Source: Paramecium tetraurelia
Lineage: Eukaryota
Direction: 5' to 3'
DNA: 64,000 nucleotides
Assembly: GCA_000165425.1 (NCBI GenBank)
Contig: CT868029.1
Span: forward strand, 186,001-250,000
This document shows positions 12,888 to 25,700 of this stretch, piece by piece. A model generated the notes under the pieces. The model saw only the letters and a list, made by a program, of their open reading frames with translations. It had not been told where the DNA came from and did not search any database. Position 1 is the stretch's first letter. Each line of letters starts with the position of its first letter. The position numbers and the translations under genes are program-made.

Positions 12888-14256
12888 ATGAGAGTTGGCA
12901 TATTGCTACTAGCGATTTTGATGATGGGAACAATGGCCTAAGATAATGAGGTTGTTATCTAATTACTGACTGAATTGAGACAGGAGGCAGTGGATTAATT
13001 GCAACTTTTGAATGCTAGATTCTAACCAATCAAGTAAGCCAAATTAGATTAAATTGCAGTGATTTAATAAGCAATTTCAGAACAGAAAGGAGAGTGCTAC
13101 AAGAGACAGCAAGACGTAATGAGCATATGATAAATTTGATTAGGTTGAGGCCAAGCAAACTGAAATTGATTTGGCTAATGAGTATAAGAATTGGATGAAA
13201 GCAAGATAAGAAAGCAATAATAATCGTATTGGAGTTCTGTCAACAAATGTATGCGAGAAGAATAATAATTCCTTGAATAAAGTGAAGAATGGAAGAGTGC
13301 TATTGAGATTGATCGCTTACTTGAGAGCCACATTGCAGGCTCAATTGTCCACTTCATTTGCAGAAGTCAAGGAGAACACCATTTCTGAGATATCCCACAT
13401 TGTCACTGCTTATAAGGAATACAGAAAGATGAATATGTTGTAGACAAAACAAGAGGAGGTAGAGTTGAATGGCACAATTGAATAATTGATAGAATTGCTC
13501 AACCAGATGGAGAGGGAAATCTAGGACGATATTGCTAATGGATAAAATGGCTAAGTGCAAATCGGAGTCACTTTCTCAGAGTTCAAGGTCAGAATCGAAA
13601 AGGAGAACGACATTTTCAATAGATAAATTGAAGTCCAAGATGATTTGATTACAGTACTTAGAGTCTTTGATATTCCTAGCATTTCTAAAATCAATTGACA
13701 ACCTTATACGGAAGAGTCGACAAATGCGAATCCAGATAGAAGGAAATAGAATATACCTTATTGGTGGCCTAGGAAGATTTGAAATATGACTAAGAATGGA
13801 ATGACGAAGACAGATTAAGATTGGAGGAAGAAATTGAGTTATTCGATTGGTTAATTAAACACTATTAAGCTGGTAATTTGGATGAAGCTGATGAAAGTGA
13901 ACGTAGTAGTATTTCTAACGATAATGGATCAACTGACGGATCTGCAAATGGGGACTCAGTATAATATAATGTAAATCATTTAGGGTTTAAATGGAGATGA
14001 CAGAGATGGAGTTATTGATTATACACCATTGAAGGAAGTTTCAAATGCTTGGGGATCTGAAGAAGAAGGTGATAATCATGAAAATGCAAATGATCATCAT
14101 GAAGGTAACGATGCAGAAACAGAAGACAGAGGAGATGTAATTGATTACACACCTTATGAAGAAAAAGATGTTGATTGGGATTCCTTATTGTAGAAGAAGT
14201 AAAATAAGAATCATCATTAATCAAAGAAACATCATACTCATAAGTCCAAAAAATGA
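12888..14256 (+). CDS. Secreted coiled-coil protein, trichocyst matrix protein / granule lattice-like, with acidic C-terminal extension
   Basis: Signal peptide MRVGILLLAILMMGTMA; two helical modules (VIQLLTELRQE…, IEQLIELLNQMERE…) with spaced Cys; three mini-introns. CDS is clear; family assignment is by eye. Confidence 0.7.
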
Positions 14257-14319
14257 TTTATTAATCAAATCATAGCTTATTACATATAAAATGTTGATCC
14301 CTTCAAAATCGTTAACAGT

Positions 14320-14391
14320 TCCGGTATAGTCTAGTGGTTAGGATATCAGGTTCTCACCCTGGGGACCCGGGTTCAATCCCCGGTATCGGAA
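14320..14391 (+). tRNA. tRNA-Glu (anticodon CTC)
   Basis: Cloverleaf: acceptor TCCGGTA/TATCGGA, D-loop AGTGGTTA, anticodon arm TCAGG-TT-CTC-AC-CCTGG, T-arm CCGGG-TTCAATC-CCCGG; followed by a T-run Pol III terminator. Confidence 0.95.
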
Positions 14392-14462
14392 TAATTTTTT
14401 ATTTTTTTATATTTAGAATTAAACGATACTTATTTATCTTCGTTGTTTTCAAACTTTATTTA

Positions 14463-15677
14463 ATGAATCCTAGTTGGAGATAAAAGTTCGAAAAGGACAA
14501 ATAGTATCCTAGACATCCGATGGCACATAAAAAAGGTACATTGTTCTATTATTTTCAAAAGGCGGAGTTCACATGAATCAAGAGGACGATACCAAGCTTT
14601 TTTCAGTTGCTGGTGCCATGATGAAATAAATTGGTAGCAAGATAGCCAAGGGGGATTTTAATTTGGCTACCATTCCTAAACCAATCTGTCTGACAGCTCC
14701 CATAACATGCAACGAATGTCTTCTTTTGTAATGTTTTATGTTAACATTCTTAGTGATTTTGATTATACCAACCTTTATCTAACAGAGGCTGCTAAATGCA
14801 GAGATGCTTTGAGGAGAATGTAGTTGGTTGTGATCAATGAAATCGCTTATCTCCATGGAACACACACTTATTTGAGATCATTGGCTCCAATCGACCCTAT
14901 GATTGGAGAGACTTGTCACAGAATAAAAGAGGATGGAACTGAGTTTTATTGTGAATTTATCAAGGCAGATCCTCCCACCACTCTCTATCATGTTATTGGA
15001 GATGGTTGGCAGGTGTATGGAGGTGAGGTGGTCCTTGCTGAAATTCATCCAACATGTTCTCAATTGATTGGCAGAAACTTGAAGCCCAAGTACATAAAGT
15101 TTAGTGATGGGAAACTATATGAGATCTCGGTGCCTGCCATGATTATCAATGGATTGTTGAAGGGAGATCGTGTACTCAACAAATTGGATGGTTTTGTAAT
15201 CAAGTGTGTTCAAGATAATTTGGAGGCTTAGGTCAGTTTTAGTTATGTGTATGAAGATAGCACTACTAAGATAAAAAATAAGTTGATGTTTTGGTCATAA
15301 TCACAATAAAAACCAATTTCAGATTTGGTTGATGTTAAAATAAACAAATTAATTAATGTAATTAATAATATTATTAATCAGACTGATGATAATAATAATA
15401 ATTAAAGTTTCACTGTTTCAACAGGATCAGGATCATGGCTTTCCTACTTTTAAATTGATGGCGATGTATGTTGGAGAATCGATGATCCAATATCTCCATG
15501 GAAGGAACCTTCCAGTATGATACCAAGTGATTCAGCATTTAGATAAGATAAAATACTTATGCTTCAAGGATAAGATGATGCTGCGTAAATGTAATGAATT
15601 TACATATTCTAAGTGCGAGAAATAGTATTGAAAAGCAAGGACAAAAAGATCTCAATTAAAGAAAAAGGAGGAGATGA
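14463..15677 (+). CDS. Oxysterol-binding protein-related (short ORP/Osh-type), divergent
   Basis: FNLATIPKPICL, LRRMQLVV, APIDPMIGET, YCEFIKADPPTTLY, GSWLSY, IPSDSAFRQD match the layout of an ORD domain; four mini-introns. Confidence 0.88.
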
Positions 15678-15729
15678 GATGAGTGTTTTTATATATAACA
15701 TTATTATATCAGTCATTCTAAAGTTGTAC

Positions 15730-18700
15730 TCATTTCAAATGATATAATTTTTAAACCAACGAAAGAAGCTATTGATCTAAGTTGCTCTTTTCTTATTGCA
15801 AGCATTTCTAACATCGAGCACATTCTTTACAGGTAATAGAATCATTTGAATAATTCATTGATTTTAATAAAATTTGGAATAATTACTTGTTGTATTGTTT
15901 TAACTAAAGTCAATAGTATATTTATTTACATGTTCATCATCTAATTCGCAAAGGGTTGGCAATATATAAGTACTCAATAATTGCTTATAATATTATGCTT
16001 CTCTCTCTATTTCCAATTGTCTTAATTTTTGCATCTATTGATCTTGTTCGTCTGGTAACGCTGTGCCTGCTTTGATCATCTCGTGCTTTTAAATAAATGT
16101 ATTTATTGGTGCAATCAAGGAATCAATATCAAAGATATTATGATTCTTTAATTTGTATTTTTAGATGATGATCATACAACCATATGCATCCCTTTCCTAT
16201 TTGAGTAATCCAGGCAAGTAATTCACATCTTGTATGATACCCTACTTCCAAATTAGATACCTTTATTCAATCTATGAATTAAATTAGACGGCAAATTAAT
16301 AGGAATATAGAAAGGTATTTTCAATAGTTTGTAATTATTGCAGATTTAGTTTTTGATTGAAATGTTGTAAGATCTCCATACTTATTTAAATCATCAATAA
16401 TTAAGAAGTGAATTAGGTGAAACAGTCTTCCACCATATTTCTCATCCGACTTGAAGATAAGGATTGATTGGCAAAACTTGATAATTTTGTGGGCATAGTC
16501 AATCGAATCATCCTATCAATAAATTAGATAATTTGTTCCCATTCTTCTTCATTAAACATCAACCCAATCTTTAGTGTCATACTTTTTACAGAATGAATGC
16601 TATATTTAGCTAATTTGACATTTTGGTTTTATATACAATTTTCAAATAGTTTCAAGAACTCAGGTAACAACCCTCTTAATTTCTAAAAGTATCGCTTCAT
16701 TAACTTGATGATCAATGAAAATCCCTTTTTACATGAATTCTTAAACCAATCATTATTAGTGCTCTCCACTGCGTAATTTTATTGAAATGTAAATTGAATC
16801 TCATCAAATATTGGTCTTAGTACAGTACTGAATACCATTTTCCAGAACTCAGCACTGAATGCATACCCAAACTATTGCAAGGACTCAAACAATGCTTCCA
16901 TGGACTTGGCCTATACATTGTTTCTCTTATCTCCTGCTAATTCTGACAACACTCCAAGTAAGGGAATCCAAATCTTTTCAAGCTACGCTGCTGTGGATGC
17001 ATTTCGAACAGTAGGTTCAGGTTCATCAAATTCATTCCAGTTGAGTTTGGGAGCTATTTGTGCTTGTTATGAGAGATAACCAAAACAAAGTATAGTAAAA
17101 TCAATAGAGGCCAATGCCATATCTTCTTGAACCTTGCCTGCCAAAACCTTTAGTGTTTGAATGAGATCAATGAAAACATCCTGCAATCGATCTAGATTAT
17201 GTTGCATGATTTAGGATAGAATCTGAAATGCCATTTTACTGATTTTATCATTTTCCTCTTTCAACCCTAATGTGATTAGACCAAATACCATCCTCCATCC
17301 AGATCTAATATTATGTTTATGATTTAAGACTATATGATTGATGCAGGAAAGAATGAATTCCTTGACATCTAAATTTGACTACAAAAATATGGTCTCAAAA
17401 GGTTTCAACACATCTCTTTAGAATTAAAAGTCATATAACTCATCCTTTTAAAGGAATTTAATGCTTAATTATTTGAGGGAGTCGACAGTGAACATTGCAA
17501 CTCTCTTCTCTTTCACAGCTACCTCGTTGATATGATCCTTCACAATATTCCACATCTTCGTCCATACAAAACTCACTCTCTTCATATTGTAATCACAGAC
17601 TTCAACCAATTTTTACAGACTAAACACTCGTGGATGAGTCTAATAAATCTCTTGCTTTGACATATAACAGAGAGCATTGATAAATTCCTAAATGGCTTCA
17701 TCATCTAACTATTTTGATTACACAAAGATCTTATCTATTAGATCAGATTCCAATAATAACTCAGGTTATATGACATTATTTAATCCTTCAACACCATCCT
17801 TGGATTGCTTTATCATCCTCATTTCATCCAGTCTACTTATCATTGTGACAATGCTTATCCATCCAATCTCTCTAAGTCCATTTCCAATTTAGGGAACAGT
17901 TTACAAAATCTGTTTTATTAAGTTGATGTGCTTATTGGATATCTACCCTGAATAATTGAGTCTTGTGGCCTTGAGCAATGGATTCATATAATCTTACAAG
18001 GGAATTGAAAAGAAGGAGCATAATTTAATAAACAAGACTAACCCTTAAATGCATTGATTTGAAGACGCCTCCATCTAATCATTGTTAAAAACAAACAAAA
18101 ACATTTCAAATGAAGGTTTTCCTATACACTCCAAGAATGGCTTTATTAAGTAGGCCATGTCTTGATTAATATTCTGATAAATAGTTTCATGCAAATCTTA
18201 TTTGGTTTTAATTAATTCGCTTCCTTCTTTCAGCAAAGCTTCCTTCTCCCTCTAAAATAGATCCTGTTTCTTTCTTATGTTTTAAGTAAGGGATTCTTTA
18301 ATAAATACACGACTTTTCTCCTTTTCTCTTACTGCCAAAGGTTGTTTCAGTATAGAATTATAAGTTTGAGTTAAATACTCTTATGGTAGATCATCACCAT
18401 CATTGATTGACCTAGCCAACTTTTGAAAGTCAATCAATTTCATTTTCTCTGCTACTGAAGGATTATGCAAGTCCGTTTACAACATAACCAATAAATAACA
18501 GTAAGTATAAATACTGCCACTGGATTTGAAGGCTGAATTCGGGTTTTCTTTGTAATATCTATCTGAAAACTTTTAGACTACTCTATCCACTTACATAGCT
18601 TCTCCTGGTAGTGTAAATTAATCCAAGAAATATCTTAATGCCTATTCGACAGTCAAATCTTTGAATTTCAACGTGTCAGTGAATTCACTTAAGACCTTGA

Positions 18701-20683
18701 TATTTAATTGTTGATGTCCTCCTAAATAGGCTCCTATGGCATCTTTGCTTAATTATTATTGATTTTCTCTGAAAAACTTAGCAATCTCTTTGGCACTAAA
18801 TTAATCAACTAAAATTACTCATTCCTAATGATTTGAGCATCCAACAGATATTTAACTCCTTTATCTGGATTCTTTTTAAAAACTTGGCATCCCTTCATGA
18901 TTTCCTATTTCAATTATCTTTGTATTTCAATGGGATTGACATACATCACAGTGGTATTATCATTAACATTTTAATCATCCATTTATGGTGTTCCACTTTC
19001 CTCAGAAGGTGTTATGATAAACTTGTCAAACACCTTATTTAAACCCTCAATGATATAATAAATTGCCTTGATAGCCAAACTCTTCAGGAGCGTTTCTTAT
19101 TGGCTTTGAATTTGATATTCCGCTTTTTAATAAACAGAAACCACAATAATTTCATAGAAGGTGTGAATGACTTTGGACATTAAATATTCATGCTTGGTAT
19201 GACAATCATAATTTATATAAAATTCCAATCCAATCTTCGGTCTTTCCAAAATACTGCATAAGCTCTCAAGTGCAGTTTGTTTATGTAGGACATTTGAATT
19301 GGCACTTAAGAGGATATTCAAATATATTTGGTTGATAAAGATAGCCATTTCATGCTTAATGCGTTTTCTCATGATACAAACTAATTGTTAAAATATTCTG
19401 AAACTGTATTGATATAAGGTTTTTTCTGTTTCTAAACAATATTTTAACAATTGATTGCAGAGTCTCTCTTTGGTTATTTTAATAAATTTTTCATTCTTAC
19501 TTAACACAAAGTCAGGTGTTTCAAGAATATACAACAGACATTCGAGAATGATCTATTAGTTTTTAGCTTATTGCAAAGTTGTTTTATTCATTAGCAGATT
19601 GCATAGACTATCATATAATTGCAAAGCAGAGTCAAGATTCTCTTCATATTGCTTTAGTGTCCCACTGTAAGTGTTTTGAGTTTGTTCGACGTATTCCTGA
19701 TGTTGTTTTTTACACATGAATGAACAAATTGGGACTCTGTGATCTTTACAATAGAGATTGGCTGATTTTCTACACATTAGACAATAACCAAAATAACCTG
19801 CAGGTTGTTGATTTTCATTTAAAGTGTTTGATTAGGGAGAGAAACCCAGGGAAGTTTTATTTAAACAGACCATATCAACTAATTGAAGCATGACCAATTG
19901 AGTTAATTTCTAGACTGAATCTTCTTTGATAGACATTTTACGTTTGTTCCTTTGGATTGTGAAAACCTAATGTGTAATGAGGAAATCTAATTACTTCTCC
20001 TTCCACAGCCTAAAATGTGTAGTTAATAATCTAATAGAGCATACTCTTAGCAATTCTATCGACAATCTGTGTTCTAGTGCCAGTGCGAGTGTAGGAGAAG
20101 ATTATAGTTTTGATGATTCTGGTGAGATTTTGCGATGCTACATAACAGAATGGATTCAGAACAAATGCAACCAACAATTTGAGGCCTTGAATGATGATCT
20201 CGTCCTTTTCAAGCAGACAGGATGTCACTGAATTGATTAATGAATCGATGATGGTCTAATGTGTATAGAATGTCCATACTTTTTTTTTGCCATTATAGTA
20301 GTTGGAGTCGTTGAAAAGTTCTGAAAATTCGTCGGTGTAGAATTCTTAGGAGGTGTCTTCTATTCTTCCATCGATGAAGCCATTTGAAACTAGTTTCTAG
20401 TTGGGTCAATGATAAATTCAATACAAATAATACAGACAAAGCCAATTAGGTTAGTTTGGTTTGTCTCATATTGAAGGTCAATCTGAAAACCACCATATGT
20501 TTTCCCAATTTAGGGAGGCTTTCATATTTGACCAGATCTTAATTTCTTAACTCCATAAATACCAATCATTTTGTTCAGGAAGTCTTTGAAGGAAGGGTAC
20601 TATTTGGGAATATTCTTCCGAACTTTATCCAGATAGTCCAACAAGATTTCCTTATACTTTGACAGCATCTATTGTCTATTCAT
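15730..20683 (-). CDS. Large Sec7 ARF guanine-nucleotide exchange factor (BIG/Sec7 subfamily)
   Basis: HUS box FYINYDC; Sec7 motif FTLPGEAMQVDRVVQKF with intact catalytic Glu; IMLQTDLHNP; HDS motifs PRVFSLQKLVEVCDYNMKR, FTVDSLKQLSIKFL, IRSGWR. Confidence 0.93.
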
Positions 20684-20696
20684 TAATTAATAAATT

Positions 20697-22540
20697 ATGG
20701 GAAATTGTGTGTCCAATAGAACCAAAATCTCGACCAATCTAGACAAACCCCAAAAACAATACATACACCAAGCCTTCCTCAGACAAACTCTAACCAATCC
20801 AGAGTATTATTTGGCACTCATTCTTTAGATCGCGAAACCAATTGTTGCTATTCGAGGAAAATTTCAATGAAATATTTGATGACATTCCATATCTAGGACA
20901 ATATGCATATTGGTTTCTGATGGGATTGCAGAATAATGAATCAAAAGGAATTGAATATGAAACAATAGTACAATTTTCAGAAATTTTCATCTTGGGCAAT
21001 TCTCAAAGTGAAATCCTGACATTACCAAATAGAGTTTCTCTCATTATCGCAATTATTGCTCTCTTTGGTAATCTAAACATCCAAGGCTCCCTTAAAGAAT
21101 TTTCTACTATGTCAATCACTTATCTTCTGACTTCTAAATGTCTATAGGTGTTCATAGCCATTATGATCCGAAAATCAAATATAAATGAATTACCTGTTAA
21201 ATCCTTTGTAGATGCTATATTTTCTAAACTTGATGTCAACATTCCAATCTTATAATTTATTAAGTTTATAGACACCTTTATGCCATAATTAGAGGAAATC
21301 ATTGAAGACTATTATTATGATAAATTTCTTGGTGAATAGAAATTATTTCATTCTCCTCAATTGTGCAACCCATCCCATATTTTGAATCAAGAATGGCTTG
21401 CACTCATGTACTTGTGTTTCATGCATAAAGACACAAGCAAATTGGAACTGCTTTATTCTAATGTTCTGAATGAAAATTCATTTGAATTACTAACAGATCT
21501 ACTCACTCATTCATCATCTAGTTTCCTCTTCATTATTCAATGTGAACATGCAGCCAGAAAGTACATTTTTGGAGCATATACTAACTTTGAATGGAAAGAT
21601 GATTCCCTACCTAATGGAAGTAAAGAGGATTGCATTTTCTAATTGTTCCCATAATTTAGAGTTTATAGAACAAAAAATGATAAATTTACAAGATCACAAT
21701 ATGTGTATCTCAATTCAAAAAATGAAGAATTGGCCAAAGGAATAGGATTTGGAGGTGAATTAGCTAAGGATTTCAGAATATTCATTAACTCAGATCTCTT
21801 GACAGTTTAATGCAAAAATCATGACAAAACATATGAACCAGGAGAGTTGATGCCATTAAAGCAAGGAAAAATTAATTTAATGGAGATTTGGACAATCTAA
21901 TAAATTCAAGGTACTACTCAATTCAAAGACTTAATTTAATAAAAAATAGAGGATCAGGTTGAATTTGAAGAATTTGAAATACCTCAAATACGTTTAGATG
22001 AAGACATCGGTTCTTATAGATCAGGGGATCATTCCTCATTGAATTAATCTATAAATGATTTAAAACAGAAGGATTCCTGTGATTGGGAAGGTTCTAGTTA
22101 GAATGGATTCGAAGAAGAAATCATTATTAAGAATGATGGATACGAAGAAGTCAAGAAGAATGAAAAAGAATTTGAAGTTGTTGAATTAAATGATAGTGTA
22201 CTTATATATGATATTATATTAGAATAACAAAACTAGTATCAATGTACAAAATTAAGTGGTTCAGAATAACCAATTTGAATTTGAAGAAGTAGAAGTTAAG
22301 ACAGCTGATAAAATGGATTCATCTGCCCTTTAGGTAGTTTATAATGTAAAATCAGGAAAATTTGGGGATGCATCTTAAGATGATAAGTAAATATTAATAT
22401 AAACAATAAGTTGGAATGGAGATAATTCCGATTGGAAAGGAGATACTAGCAGTTCAAGCAAGTAGAAGGAATTGCTTGTAAGCTAAGATTTAAAGACGAT
22501 CAATGAGAATCTTCAGGAATCAACTCATGCAGAATCGTGA
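20697..22540 (+). CDS. TLDc-domain protein with N-terminal MGNC acylation motif (MEAK7/Rtc5-like architecture)
   Basis: Starts MGNCVS; TLDc motifs KLELLYS, YIFGAYTNFEW, DCIFQLFPQFRVY, YVYLN, GIGFGG, FRIFINSDL; acidic low-complexity tail. Confidence 0.85.
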
Positions 22541-22776
22541 ATATTAAAAATCAAAATTTATTACTTAATTTTCTATTTAGTATAGAATATTATATGAAAT
22601 TCAAAATATTATAATATAATCCCTAACAAAGTTCTAAGAAAAAACAATAATTAAACATGATAATTGATTTCTTCCTTTGTTGATGTTACCACAACAACAA
22701 AGTAAGAAATCATTAAACAATCATTTAATATATTTCTGGTAAGAAATGATTAAATTATTATAATTCATAATACCAA

Positions 22777-25700
22777 TCAGAACCATCTTTTGGCCCACAA
22801 TTTAAGTTTTTCTTAACCACTGAATAGGGTCTTAGATATGGCAATTAATCTTTCGCATTTAGAATCGATAATTCCATCTTCATAAACAATATCTTTCAAT
22901 TTTTTAATGAAAGGTTCAAGAGAATCCTTACATCCCAATTACCAAAATACCACATTCAAGTATTCGTGGAGACTAAGAATTAAAATGATATATTACTCAA
23001 TATTAAGAATGCCGATGATGGTTGCTGTGAATGTTGGTATTAAATATGCATTAAGATTAATTTCACCAACTAAATGTTCAATATTTCTTGAATATCTGAT
23101 AGCAAATGGATCATATAAAGTGAGCCTTTGATTATTGACTTTGAATAGATATTTCTTTTGGTAGAAATTACCATTGCTCAAATTTATTTGTAGATTTTCT
23201 AATTGTTTTGGTGATTAGCTGCTAGCCATAGTGAATGATAGAGCATATTGAACTGCAATATTGACAACAATGATTTTTCTGATTTGAACAAAAGTGTCAA
23301 CTGTTTTTGAAAATCTTAGTATGAGATTAGTTAGATCATTTTTCTGTAAATAATCTACTTGAGTACTAAGTTTATAATAATGAAATAATACTTATAATAT
23401 GGTATTTTGATTGAGGAATCACCCTTTGGATTTGCATGATAATGGATTTAGAGAATTGTATCTAATATATTACTAAGATTGTAGGTTTCTTCTTAATATG
23501 GTTCTAATTAGTAGTTTAGTTTATCATGTTCTAAAAGATATTTATCTGAAACGATATGTTTTACATTTCTAATTTTAGTTTCTTTGTAGTTTTAATTTAA
23601 CATATTAGTCATTTTAACAAATTAGGTTGATATGTGTTCTTCAAGAATGCTTTGTACGGGTTTCTTACTTTCAATTTTTTTAGTTTTTAAAAGGAATAGA
23701 TATTTCTTTTCATCATTCCCCAACAAAGCTATTTGTCGAATGAATCGTTTTCTCCTTAAAAATATAATATGAATGGTTGGAAACACATTTGTGATTTAGA
23801 TTGTTTCATAAGCTTGAGTTCTTTTAATTTGTCCATCTAATCCCAACATGGGGAGTGGATTCATTTGGAATTCATCATTAATCGAATACAATTAATCTAT
23901 TTAGATTTATTTTGCCATAAACGAATTGATGGAATTACTTAATTGTAATGGAAAGTCTTCCTCCAAACTCATATTGACTCCAAAAAGATTGATGTATATA
24001 CATTTTATTGAAGCCAAATATATTGATTGAATGGTTTTAAGTTGATCACTCTTTAATTGTTTATTCAAATCACCAAATTACCAATATTACTTAATCATCT
24101 CTTTAATTTAAGGATACTTTTGAATGATATTTAAAATCTATTGACATCTGTCATTTATATTACTAGAATTTATTTCAAATTGTTTGGAATCTAAGATTTT
24201 TCCACATTAATATACTATTTCTTCAACATTATCCCATACTAGTTGATCAAATACTGAATTGTAAAGATAACGTAATGAGTAAATGGAAGCTATTTTGTGA
24301 TTTAATTTGGACAATTTAGGAATAGAATTGATAAGTTATTATGATCTCTCGTCTGTGCACTATCCCAGACTCTTTAGATATTATAGTAGTTAAAAACTAT
24401 TCAGAGGGTTGAAGGTGCATAATTTAGTGATAGCATCCAAACAATCTTTTCTGGTTTAATCGCAAGGAGTTTAGAGATAGGTTGATACTAATTGAGTGAA
24501 GAATCTTTGTAATAGATGTAAGGGTATTAAGGCAACTATTTAGGAGAATGCATCTGTCACTATTGAATCAGTTTGATTAGTGATGTTCAGAATATGAAAC
24601 ATGTACATACCTGTGATAGGGAATTTTTATGGTTTATATTGCATGCTTAGAGGTGTTATTTAAATGTAATGATGGGCAAACTTAATATTGTTGCTATATC
24701 TCTTATGAGCAAGCTGATAGACTTTGTGAGCTTCTTTCCAGAATTTCAAATAATTAACTTGGTTTTAAATGAAGAATTCATTTGTCTAACTGACCATAAC
24801 CTCCAGTTTTTATTCCTCGATTTACATTCCATTGTTAGACTCTGTCGATTGATCTAATCTCAATAATTTGTAAAATTAGTTGATCATCTTATATCTTCTG
24901 ATCTTGCTAATCATGTAGTTTTTGAATTCTTCGGCACTATAGTTACCTGATTACAAGGAACTGAAGAAATTGAGCATTTCAGTCAGATTCTATTGATTAT
25001 TGTCAACGTCTTAAAACTTGATTGTTTTAAACTTGATTTTCTCCAATTGATAAATCTTTTCAGCATAACCTTGTAAGGTCTTAGGGATTTCCTTTAGAAT
25101 TGATTATTCATCGAACAACTCAAAGATTCCATTCTGTTAGTAATACCTCATTGGATATAGGAGAGTCTTGTAATCCAGAACAGCTAATTAGTAACTCTTT
25201 TGATCTATGCTTGTATTTGCTGGCAATTATTAACTGCTCAGTAATTGACTTAATTATCCATTAAATCTTTACAGACACATTTGCAATTAGACCATTCTTT
25301 AGCTGATCAAATCAAAGGTAAACTCTTATTAATCAATAATTGTTGGTTGCCTTTCGAAAAAGTACTTTTTGCACAATAGACTAGACTAATAGGAATTAGA
25401 GATTAAATCCCATTGTTGTTCATAACTAGGTTAAGCTTAGCCAGGAAAGGCAGGCTGAGTAGGAGCATACTACCTGAGACTTTCTTCCAATTCAGTGTAG
25501 AGTTAGAATTGAGATACAAAATTAAGGAATTTACTACCCCACAATAAAGGGGAAGCCATCATTTAATCGTATGATTAGGTGAGTTTGGGAAGGGTTTTGA
25601 TGAAATTGTAGCAATTGATAATTTGAGCATATTTGAGATTTTATTCAATTGATTATAAGACATGATTGCCACCACCTCTTCCATGTTGATTCGAAGATGC

